DNA from: Deltaproteobacteria bacterium TL4
GTDB lineage: Bacteria; SAR324; NAC60-12
DNA length: 22,511 nucleotides
NCBI GenBank assembly: GCA_051382335.1
Contig: JBBCAX010000063.1
Span: 1 to 22,511, forward strand
Reading direction: 5' to 3'
Positions 7,601 to 15,187 of this stretch are shown here, in pieces. Position numbers and translations under genes: made by a program. Under the pieces are notes generated by a model that saw only the letters and a list, made by a program, of their open reading frames with translations, ran no database searches and had not been told where the DNA came from. Each line of letters opens with the position of its first letter. Within the stretch, counting starts at the first letter, position 1.

Positions 7601-9118
7601 AGGCTGCCGGGATAAAATGGCAAGGGGCGTATCGTTCCCCATGGAACCGATGGCTTCCTGAGCATTCAAAACCATAGGTTGAATAATCAAGTTTAGATCT
7701 TCATAGGTGTAGCCAAATATCTTTTGCCGCATGACAAGGGTCTCCAAATTGACACCATGGGCTTGCTCAGGTTCAGGTAATTCATCAAGATGAACCATGT
7801 TCTGACTCAACCATTCCTGGTAAGGTCGGCTCTTGCAAATTTCTGCTTTTAACGTTTCATCGTTAATGACTTGGCCCAGGTTGGTATCAATCAAAAACAT
7901 TTTTCCAGGTTGTAAACGCCCCTTTTTCAAAATATTTTCAGGCTTTATTTCAAGAGCTCCTACTTCTGAAGCCATAATGACACAATCATCTTTGGTCACA
8001 ACGTATCTTGCAGGGCGTAACCCATTCCGGTCGAGAGTCGCGCCTATCTGGACTCCATCCGTATACGCCATGGCCGCAGGTCCATCCCAAGGTTCCATGA
8101 ATTGTTCCTGATATTCGTAAAAGGCACGTTTTTCCGGAGAAATCAAAGGATCATTCTGCCAGGCTTCAGGAATCAGCATCATGATGGCATGTGCTAGAGA
8201 ATATCCAGAAAGCACCAAGAATTCCAGAGCGTTATCCGCACAGGCAGAGTCACTGCCATGAGGCATAATCAAGGGGTACAACTTGCTTATGTCATCGTAC
8301 AAAGGGGATTTGATGGTAAGTTTACGGGCGTTCATCCAGTTGACATTGCCCCGCAAGGTGTTGATCTCGCCATTATGCGCAAGGAATCGAAAAGGCTGTG
8401 CCAAATTCCAGGAAGGAAACGTGTTGGTACTGAACCTTGAATGAACAATGGCCAGGGCTGAGGTAACTTTGGGATGTTTCAAATCCGGATAAAAATGTTG
8501 TAACTGGGGAGCATGGAGCATTCCTTTGTAAACAATAGTTCGGCAAGACATGCTGGAAACAGAAAACGATTTGCCCTGTAGGGACGCGTAAATTAATTTT
8601 CGTACCACATAAAGTTTACGTTCAAAATCATCTTGAGACATTTCAGGCTTTGGCTTTTTAATAAAAACCTGACGAATCGCCGGTAGTTTGGCCTTGGCTT
8701 CTTTTCCCGCATGATTGAGATCTATGGGCACATCCCGCCACCCCGCAATCTGCAAACCCTCTTCCCCACAGCTTAACTCAATGATGGATCCACAACGTTG
8801 CCGCTCCTGTTTATCTTGTGGTAAAAAAGTGACGCCCACACCATAATTTCCTGGAGAAGGTAACGAAAAACCTATCTTTAAGGCTTCCTCCACAAAAAAA
8901 TCATGAGGGATTTGCATCAGAATGCCAGCGCCGTCGCCTGTACTGGGATCTGCTCCCAACGCACCACGATGCTTCAAGTTAGCAAGCAGTTGCAACGATT
9001 GCGCTACAATCTCATGAGACTTCTGACCTTTGACATTAACTATAAATCCCACACCGCAACTGTCGTGTTCAAACGCAGGATCATATAAACCTTGTTTAGG
9101 AGGATACATTCTTTGCAT
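4613..9118 (-). CDS. gltB: Glutamate synthase large subunit (1501 aa)
   Basis: EHDS-CGVGF Ntn amidotransferase start, HSRFSTNTFPSW, AHNGEINTLRGN, EPWDGPA, GAMSFGSIS, KIAQGAKPGEGGQLPG, the 3Fe-4S motif CIMMRKCHLNTCPVG and a C-terminal GXGXG domain. Confidence 0.99.
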   Translation of the reverse strand: MQRMYPPKQGLYDPAFEHDSCGVGFIVNVKGQKSHEIVAQSLQLLANLKHRGALGADPSTGDGAGILMQIPHDFFVEEALKIGFSLPSPGNYGVGVTFLPQDKQERQRCGSIIELSCGEEGLQIAGWRDVPIDLNHAGKEAKAKLPAIRQVFIKKPKPEMSQDDFERKLYVVRKLIYASLQGKSFSVSSMSCRTIVYKGMLHAPQLQHFYPDLKHPKVTSALAIVHSRFSTNTFPSWNLAQPFRFLAHNGEINTLRGNVNWMNARKLTIKSPLYDDISKLYPLIMPHGSDSACADNALEFLVLSGYSLAHAIMMLIPEAWQNDPLISPEKRAFYEYQEQFMEPWDGPAAMAYTDGVQIGATLDRNGLRPARYVVTKDDCVIMASEVGALEIKPENILKKGRLQPGKMFLIDTNLGQVINDETLKAEICKSRPYQEWLSQNMVHLDELPEPEQAHGVNLETLVMRQKIFGYTYEDLNLIIQPMVLNAQEAIGSMGNDTPLAILSRQPHVLYNYFRQVFAQVTNPAIDPIREELVMSLLSHLGKERNILEQTPEHAKLLQLGHPVITNEQLEKIRQLDREDFKSKTLPILFRKSAEENEMEKALELLCLNAEIAAKEGHTFLILSDRGVNEKWVPIPALLVIGALHNHLVQKGIRTLTSLILETGEPREIAHFAVLIGYGAGAINPYLAMESIEQMRMEGIFPAEITKEIAIEHYLKAIKKGLFKIFSKMGISTIQSYRGAQVFEVIGLSDDLVQQHFTGTPTKIGGIGIREIAKESLLRHQNAMNQSPDVENSLDLGGLYYWRRRGEFHQINPGMIQALQTATQKNSKEAYKEFADRLNNHDRNQGNIRSLLQFKTGQPIPLEEVEPASEIVKRFVTGAMSFGSISLEAHETLAIAMNRIGGKSNSGEGGENTDRFVPRPNGDSASSAIKQVASARFGVTINYLTHCADIQIKIAQGAKPGEGGQLPGLKVSKDIAKVRYATPGVQLISPPPHHDIYSIEDLAQLIFDLKNANPQARITVKLVAEAGVGTIAAGVAKAHADLIVISGCEGGTGAAPLTSIKHAGGPWELGLAETHQTLLINGLRGVVKIQTDGQIKTGRDVVIAAMLGAEECGFATVPLISMGCIMMRKCHLNTCPVGIATQNPELRKKFIGKPEYVINYFSFVAEEVREIMASLGFRKFEEMVGRVDMLKQRTENLHWKSQHLDLSKLLHEPEVSKSVPRHNVRPQNHGLEAQLDHQLIAQSQAALENKTPVSIELPISNTNRTVGTMLSGRIALKYGNEGLPENTIQCKFKGSAGQSFGAFLAAGVTLTLEGEANDYVGKGLSGGRLVIYPPKSSSFKAEENVLIGNTVLYGATGGEAFFYGLAGERFAVRNSGAVAVVEGIGDHGCEYMTGGRIVVLGPTGRNFAAGMSGGYAYVYNEAGTFERLCNKGLVEFEALTDATEIQWLKELLSKHQFLTGSSKAHALLNDWDRTLKHFVKVIPVEYRRALDELKAEELKQSA

Positions 9119-9431
9119 GGTATTCCCTTACAACTTTAATTTTAAAATGGGGTTATTGTAAATAATCTGAGCTATCTTGCGTTGAATCACCCCTATTGGA
9201 TTACGATTCAATAAGAGTCATGCCCTTTACAACTCGGCCCAGGCATTGCTTCACTGAGGCAATTCATAATGGTCCGAATTGATCCTGTAAACAGCATATC
9301 AGCGGAAGTGAATGGCCACCGGAAAAACCGCAGCCTTTAAGATTTTGAATAAACCGTTGGGCGGACACCGCTATGAGTTATTTTTCTCAAAAAGCTGAAC
9401 TTTCCTGGACAAACTGATTTCCAGGCTGGGT

Positions 9432-9460
9432 TTTATAGCATTGAAAGCTGTCAAATGCAA
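9432..9460 (-). promoter_or_regulatory. Candidate sigma70 promoter for gltB
   Basis: Minus strand TTGCAT-N17-TATAAA with an extended -10 TG (TGCTATAAA). Confidence 0.4.
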
Positions 9461-9473
9461 ATTTTTAACAATA

Positions 9474-9574
9474 TAGTGCTCAAGATAAATTTTGTCCTGG
9501 GAGCGAGGGCGTCCCGCCCTCCGGTGAGGGCAAGATGCCCTCACTCCCAGGGAAAAAACTTTCCTGGACAGCTA
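9474..9574. repeat. 101-bp TAG...CTA-bounded element enclosing a REP-like palindrome (9496-9551)
   Basis: cctgggagcgagggcgtcccgccctc...gagggcaagatgccctcactcccagg. Outer ends tagtgctcaagataaattt and aaactttcctggacagcta are only weakly inverted. Confidence 0.6.
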
Positions 9575-9704
9575 CCTCACCTGCACAGGTGGAATAATTT
9601 TTTGATGAATTTCTAGCACCTTTCCAAAACCAGTTTACAGTTTAGAAAAAAATCCTGCACGAGGATATGATCATTGTTCAAAACACCTTATCACTCATCA
9701 ACGA

Positions 9705-9805
9705 TAGACTTTCAGATAAGTCTTTCCTGTGAATGCGGGTATCCTGCCCGCAAAAGCAGGCGGGACACCTGCGCTCCCAGCCCAAAATACTTTTCTGAAA
9801 CACTA
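9705..9805. repeat. 101-bp MITE-like element enclosing a REP-like palindrome of the same family (9726-9780)
   Basis: TIR tagactttcagataagt matches the reverse complement of 9789-9805 (tagtgtttcagaaaagt) at 14/17. Interior gcgggtatcctgcccgc-aaaa-gcaggcgggacacctgcgctcccag. Confidence 0.65.
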
Positions 9806-9812
9806 GGCACAT

Positions 9813-9875
9813 GGTGAAGAACCCGATGAATTGGTGCGAATCACACCATCACACATTACCTGTGAAGAAGAATAG
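9813..9875 (+). pseudogene. C-terminal remnant of a paralog of the 58-aa Cys-rich protein at 20319-20495
   Basis: GEEPDELVRITPSHITCEEE* versus REEPDELELNVVPKSTCETE*. Ungapped DNA identity is 43/63 (9814-9876 vs 20434-20496) and the stop position is the same. Confidence 0.7.
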
Positions 9876-9950
9876 CGAAATTCTGGACCTGGGGCAAAAT
9901 CGAGGAGGCTCCTTGGTGACGACTATTGGGCGAGGTTTGAAACAAGGCTG

Positions 9951-9975
9951 CGTTCCCACGCAAAGCATGGGAACG
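9951..9975. repeat. Short REP-like hairpin CGTTCCCA-cgcaaagca-TGGGAACG, a possible terminator/stabiliser downstream of the pilin operon
   Basis: Perfect 8-bp stem about 60 bp past the stop of 10036..10485. Confidence 0.55.
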
Positions 9976-10035
9976 ATTTATTCTAAGGGGGGGAGGAACG
10001 TTTTTATGTTCCTGCCAAAGTGATCTGCCTTCAAG

Positions 10036-10485
10036 TTATCTGGGAGGATCTACATACCATTGATTTCCTACTTTGCTTAACCTGAGTTCTCCGAGCAGAA
10101 CATAGGTTTTCTTTTTATTCCAGATGGGCTTCTTCGTAAGCGCATCCTTTAATGTTGCGACCATCTCAGGCACATTTGAATTTTGACGGTTATCTTTTTT
10201 TGCAGCCTCTTGCTTTGGATCTGTTTTCCCCGAAACTTCTCCTTTTGGGGAAGTTTGTAGTTGCTCTAAGTCTCCGGAAGCTTTGAGCTGCGCAAAGAAA
10301 CTGGGATTATACACTCTTTGGTAAAATTTAACACTGAACCCTTCGGTTTCCAAAAGGTGAATATAGTCCTTGATTGTACTCCGTACCTGCTCCTCTTCAG
10401 GCGTACTCACTCCTTGTCCTGAAGAGATAGCTACAAACGAAAAGCCCAAGATTATCATGATTAAAAAGGATTTTATTTTCATCAT
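10036..10485 (-). CDS. Small secreted hypothetical protein (149 aa), third gene of the pilin operon
   Basis: GAGGG RBS, starting 7 bp after the upstream stop. Sec signal MMKIKSFLIMIILGFSFVAISSG. C-terminal LRLSKVGNQWYV strand is reminiscent of NTF2-like folds. Confidence 0.8.
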   Translation of the reverse strand: MMKIKSFLIMIILGFSFVAISSGQGVSTPEEEQVRSTIKDYIHLLETEGFSVKFYQRVYNPSFFAQLKASGDLEQLQTSPKGEVSGKTDPKQEAAKKDNRQNSNVPEMVATLKDALTKKPIWNKKKTYVLLGELRLSKVGNQWYVDPPR

Positions 10486-10492
10486 CGTCCCT

Positions 10493-13400
10493 CTAAAATG
10501 GTGTTGCTGTTATTTTTATATGGGTAATAGCGTCATTCATGGTTCTTGTTGAGCAAAACCACCATGGGTTTTTGTCTCCGGCGTAATTGCCCAGGTTATT
10601 TATAGTTTGAGCTGACCAGGTGTAATGTGTTTCACAGGCGTTTCCATCCGAGACCCATAAGGTATAGCCGGTTGGGATTACAATGGAGCTGATCCTGTCA
10701 TTCCATCCACCAGGAGATACTGAATTCCCCTGGGTCGACCAATATTTCAGTTGAGCGCCGCCCTGATTCGCATCCGCATAAAGAACAACCGGATCAAAGG
10801 TCTGTACGGCCCTACAGTGTTTGGTTTGAGGTTCCGCCAGGACTAGCGGGTTGGCTGTGGCTTTTCCCGCATGAATGCAAACTTTATACTTCCCGGCAGA
10901 CCCGATGTCTCTAAGTCCATTGGGAGAATACCATGCGGGACTGGTGGTGAAAGTAAAAGCGTCACTGGATTCAGCCCCCGTACATGGAGCAGACTCACTC
11001 AGTACATTGGTTTGACAATAAGTGACCACATGCGCGACCCCCCGGGTTTCACTTTGTTGAAGACTGACTTTAAATCCGGCCGTATTGACAAAATTGCCAT
11101 CCGTATAACTGGCATAAAATCGGGTGTCCAGGACACGAGGCGCTCTTATATTTTCTATTGGGAAACTCCAGCCAATACATTTATGCCCCTCCGGTTGATT
11201 ATTCCATGAAGTTTCATCCCAATGCTCTCCGACAAGATCTTCATGAACTGGCTCAATTAAGGTACTTTCATTTTGTCCATCCTGTATCGGACAATCCACA
11301 GGGGGCGGATCTCCAGGTTTGCTGGGGATTAAGGTTAATTCAATAGGCTCTACTTTCGGTCCGATTCCAAGGAGTCCCACTGTGGGCCATTCATACGCCC
11401 CTCCGCGATAGGGCATAACGCCCAAGTTGCTGCCAAGAACCAGTTTTTCGCCACTACTTTCCGGAATTAAATCATTGGCTGGGAGACTGACCCAAAATCC
11501 CAATATTTTGAACCCAAAAAGATCACTGTCCAAGTTGATATATATTTTATCCTCACTGCCTGGCGCTGTTCTTAGATGCTGCCCGGCGGTTAGCAAAATC
11601 TTGAAATTGGCTTCCGTTGCTCTGATTGAAGGCAAAGTATATCTTCCTATTTCAGCACCACCAAAATCAGTCACACGAATAGTTCCACGAATACGCCGTT
11701 CCCACGAGGCTCCGGTCAAAACCAGGGTAACTTTGGGAATTTGGATGCGTACCAGAATATTTTTCTGAGCAGCCGCGTCGGGATCGGGTTCAGGGAGAGG
11801 ACGATACTGAGCAATGGTTCTGGGGTCACCAGGCATAGGGGATCTCGCTTCCAAGCGAATATTATAAGCCAGGTCATGCTGCAAACCTGTAAACGTATAA
11901 TTTTTGTTGCTCAAATCCGCAGCGCTTAAGGGGGTGTAATGATAGAAAGAATCAGGACAAAGATCCGCTCTTAGCGTGTTTAATTTATCACACCGAATAA
12001 ACAAATAAAGTTCCCCATTATTCGGAGGTTCCCAGGCAATTTTAATGCTGGTTCCATCTACAGAACGTTTCATGAACGCTATGCTTGATTTATCCCAATA
12101 GGGACGAAAGTGATCCAATGAGAATCTGAAAGTATGAAGGAGCGTTGTGTTGTTTTCAATGTTGTCACTAATCGCTGCTGTCGTTTGCTCGATTGGCGGT
12201 GTGAGTACGGTACCGTTATCGGCTAAATATTTATTTTTCCTGTCAATCGGCACGTCCACTTCATCTTGAAAAAACTCATAGCGGTCTCCAAATTGTCTTC
12301 GACACTCCTTGGCACCCTCTAAACATTTTTTACATCTATCCGTTCCCATCAGATCCTTAAATGTAGCTTTGCTATGTTGTTCACAAAAAAAGCCACTCAA
12401 ATCCTCCTTCCGGTAAGCTTTATGCAGAGTTCCTTTAGTTTGCGTAACGGAAAATTCCTGCCAAACGGTCAAACGGTAATTGATGACTTCATTATCCACC
12501 GCTTGCCCATTCTCCAGATGCGTTCCATATTTGAAGACTCCTGCACGGACTTCATATTCTCCAGCGCCGGGGATGACAGGGCCATCATCCGTCGTTTCAT
12601 AATCCAGGTAAATATTTTCTTCATACCAATTATTTTCATTCAGGGGGGCCACATGATCTTCGGCTACATCGCCTGTCTTATTAACTTCCATATCTTTATG
12701 CCAACCCACTGCGGGATCTCCTGAAAACTTTCCTGGCTTATTTGAAAGAGAGGCCGGTTGTCGAAATAATCCCGGATAAGTCGTATTCCCCCAATAGACA
12801 TATTGACTGTCGGGATGATCGGGCCTTCCTGTAATAACCTGCATGTCTGCTGGCAAGATATCATACCAAACTTGCTCCGTATAAGGGACTTTCAAATATA
12901 AATCCAGGATTGGCGGCGTTCTTTTATCCCATTGTTGAGCTTGCCACTCCAAACTGATGCGAACTTTTTCCACGGAATTCGCCGCGATATCATCACCTCG
13001 ACCGCCATCATCTATCCGGTCAGGACCGATGCTATAGAAAAATCGCTCTTCATCATTCCATAAAAAATAATTCCCCAAGGCATCTTTGACACTTCCACGA
13101 CTCATATTCCTGGAAGACTCGTTGTAGACGCGCTGAGCCGCATACTTTTTACGATTGCTTGAACTTAAAAACACGGGATCCCGTAATCTGGCAATCGTCA
13201 GATCTATCTTGCTGGTGGCAAACATCAGTTCTTTCAACCTACTTTTTGTGTCATAGACAAAGTCTCTCCAGTTCGGAATAACAGGGATCACCAGATGACC
13301 CGAACCTAAGGTATCGTCGTAAGACCCGGCGTTCGAACACGGTTTTTGAGTATCAGTCCATATCACAACTTTGGGGATCTGTGCCGTCTTCCCTGGTCTG

Positions 13401-13876
13401 CTGGGAACTGCTGTAAAATGCTCCTCTTTGAACTTGAATCCAACCTCCATGTTCTCCCCTTTATTTTGGTAGCAAATCGGATATCCATTCGCGTCCTTTA
13501 AATACTGCTTGAGAAGATAAGGCCCTTTCCAGGAAATCTGAGTCTTTTGCGCGTCAAAACCATACTCTGTTTTAAACTCCATCATCTGTCTTATAAGGTT
13601 AGGATCAAAAGTGGGTTTTTTAAGCAGTGCGTTTAATCCGCCCTCCGCTACAGTCGGGAAGTGTCCCACATCCCAGTAGTAGGTCAACAAAGACTGTTTT
13701 ACCTCTTTGATCATATCAATGGTCTGTTTTTTTTCCTGCCCCGTATCCCGTGACATGGTATAGTAAAGAAGGCTTGCGGAGATGGTTGCCGCTGCCAAAA
13801 AGGTCATCATTAAAATGACCCCATACCCTTCAGGCTTACAAGCGTGAACATGCGATGAATTATTATAGATTTTCAT
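10493..13876 (-). CDS. Giant modular pilin/pseudopilin-like protein (1127 aa): GspG-type N-terminal region plus YfaP-like, FN3-like and beta/gamma-crystallin modules
   Basis: G|YGVILMMTFLAAATISASLLYY hydrophobic N-terminus. GspG motifs YYWDVGHFPT...GLNALLKKP...WKGPYL...KDANGYPICY and KDALGNYF...YSIGPDRIDDGGRGDDI. C-terminal VVLYADANQGG...WNDRISSIVIPTGY. ATGA overlap with the upstream gene. Confidence 0.85.
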   Translation of the reverse strand: MKIYNNSSHVHACKPEGYGVILMMTFLAAATISASLLYYTMSRDTGQEKKQTIDMIKEVKQSLLTYYWDVGHFPTVAEGGLNALLKKPTFDPNLIRQMMEFKTEYGFDAQKTQISWKGPYLLKQYLKDANGYPICYQNKGENMEVGFKFKEEHFTAVPSRPGKTAQIPKVVIWTDTQKPCSNAGSYDDTLGSGHLVIPVIPNWRDFVYDTKSRLKELMFATSKIDLTIARLRDPVFLSSSNRKKYAAQRVYNESSRNMSRGSVKDALGNYFLWNDEERFFYSIGPDRIDDGGRGDDIAANSVEKVRISLEWQAQQWDKRTPPILDLYLKVPYTEQVWYDILPADMQVITGRPDHPDSQYVYWGNTTYPGLFRQPASLSNKPGKFSGDPAVGWHKDMEVNKTGDVAEDHVAPLNENNWYEENIYLDYETTDDGPVIPGAGEYEVRAGVFKYGTHLENGQAVDNEVINYRLTVWQEFSVTQTKGTLHKAYRKEDLSGFFCEQHSKATFKDLMGTDRCKKCLEGAKECRRQFGDRYEFFQDEVDVPIDRKNKYLADNGTVLTPPIEQTTAAISDNIENNTTLLHTFRFSLDHFRPYWDKSSIAFMKRSVDGTSIKIAWEPPNNGELYLFIRCDKLNTLRADLCPDSFYHYTPLSAADLSNKNYTFTGLQHDLAYNIRLEARSPMPGDPRTIAQYRPLPEPDPDAAAQKNILVRIQIPKVTLVLTGASWERRIRGTIRVTDFGGAEIGRYTLPSIRATEANFKILLTAGQHLRTAPGSEDKIYINLDSDLFGFKILGFWVSLPANDLIPESSGEKLVLGSNLGVMPYRGGAYEWPTVGLLGIGPKVEPIELTLIPSKPGDPPPVDCPIQDGQNESTLIEPVHEDLVGEHWDETSWNNQPEGHKCIGWSFPIENIRAPRVLDTRFYASYTDGNFVNTAGFKVSLQQSETRGVAHVVTYCQTNVLSESAPCTGAESSDAFTFTTSPAWYSPNGLRDIGSAGKYKVCIHAGKATANPLVLAEPQTKHCRAVQTFDPVVLYADANQGGAQLKYWSTQGNSVSPGGWNDRISSIVIPTGYTLWVSDGNACETHYTWSAQTINNLGNYAGDKNPWWFCSTRTMNDAITHIKITATPF

Positions 13877-14760
13877 TGGAGTTCTCCTTTTATATCTTTT
13901 GAACTGATTTCCGAGGCCTCACAAGTATCATTGTTTCGATCGGGGCCTGCGCTATAAAATTGTTGAGACTGATCATGCCACATCATATAATTCTCCCATT
14001 GATCTGTAGCGGAATAAGTATCAACAACCGTGGGCGCATTTTTCAATGCGACAATTTCCAGACCAGCGCCGGGATCTTCACAGTTGTTAGGCAACTCTAC
14101 CGTCGCATCATCCATTAGCCCATAGAGGCCTTGATTGATCAAAGACGCTTCAAACGCAATACCTCGAAGCAGACTAATCCGCTTGATGGTATCCTGTTGA
14201 AAATCTCTTTTTTCATTAAGTGAAGAAGCCCTGCTGATAAGATCATCCCCACAAGGTGTAGCTATCGCCTCACAATCTGAGGTCCCCTCATCCGTACGGT
14301 TAATACCAAAAGAGTGTATGATCGTTACCTGTGTTTTACTCAGGTCATAAGCATTATCTTTTGTAACAATAGAACAGGAACCGCACTGTGTTGCTGGTGC
14401 ACATTGGACACTACACTCGGCAAACGCACCATATCGATATTCCGTTCCCCAAGGATCTTTTTCGATGTCTTTTACCGAACCCGAAACATAGGGACCTTTC
14501 CAATTTGAGGGTACCGGCGCAATGGCCGATTTGATGATCAGAGCGTCCAGACCTTGAGCCGTAATCGGAAACGTTCCATTGTCACGGAAATAATAGAGCA
14601 AGCCTTTTTCAATTTTTCCTGTTTCAGCAACCGCATTTCTCAAATCGACAGCTTGTTGTGTTTTTGAGGCCAAAGGAGCGACGGTTCCCAGTAAAATTGA
14701 AAGTACCCCCAGACTTATCGTAATTTCCATTAAAGAAAATCCTTTTTTCAAACCTGCCAT
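13873..14760 (-). CDS. Prepilin-type (class III signal) protein with GspG/T2SSG-like domains (295 aa)
   Basis: GGAGG RBS. KKG|FSLMEITISLGVLSILLG methylation motif with Glu5. YYFRDNGTFP...QGLDAL...NWKGPY...KDPWGTEYRY and HSFGINR...GDDL, then a second DQWENY...YSAGPDR...DI motif. Confidence 0.9.
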   Translation of the reverse strand: MAGLKKGFSLMEITISLGVLSILLGTVAPLASKTQQAVDLRNAVAETGKIEKGLLYYFRDNGTFPITAQGLDALIIKSAIAPVPSNWKGPYVSGSVKDIEKDPWGTEYRYGAFAECSVQCAPATQCGSCSIVTKDNAYDLSKTQVTIIHSFGINRTDEGTSDCEAIATPCGDDLISRASSLNEKRDFQQDTIKRISLLRGIAFEASLINQGLYGLMDDATVELPNNCEDPGAGLEIVALKNAPTVVDTYSATDQWENYMMWHDQSQQFYSAGPDRNNDTCEASEISSKDIKGELQ

Positions 14761-15187
14761 CTCTTCCTCCCGGAAATATGAATTTGCGCCATTGGTCTAG
14801 CCTTATAATAATTACTGAACATGTAATATATCACTAACAGATTCCTAATCATAAAATCAACTAAAAATTTCAACCAAATGTTAACAAACTGATATAATCA
14901 AAAATCATATTTTATTTTAACTCAAACATTATTTTTCTGATGATCAAAAAATCGCTTCAACTGGAGCCTTTCCCGATGGGGACGTCTCTAAAGAGCCTGG
15001 TTCAAAAACGCCCCTGATCAGGTAACAGAACAGCTTGTCCTATTTTTGCTCATACGTTAAGTGAGTAACCCCTTTTTCTCATCTTGTGTTTTAAAATAAG
15101 ATAGCGCATTCTCCCCGATCTCAAATGCTGGAGATTTGTGAATGAGTAACGGATCTCCCAATGTTAATCCTTTGTCAAAAACAGCTC

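Noticed and set aside
5172..9088. Many short plus-strand ORFs within gltB
   Set aside because: Antisense shadows of a highly conserved gene.
9811..10023. 70-aa ORF MVKNPMNW...
   Set aside because: The homology to the Cys-rich gene is in a different frame, and the ORF runs through a repeat hairpin.
12290..12390. Possible heme c site in the giant pilin (CKKCL), and CGSC in the upstream pilin
   Set aside because: Neither has the His of CxxCH.
14950..15187. SAM/SAH riboswitch upstream of metF
   Set aside because: No recognisable SAM-I core or correctly oriented SAH motif by eye. An Rfam scan would be decisive.
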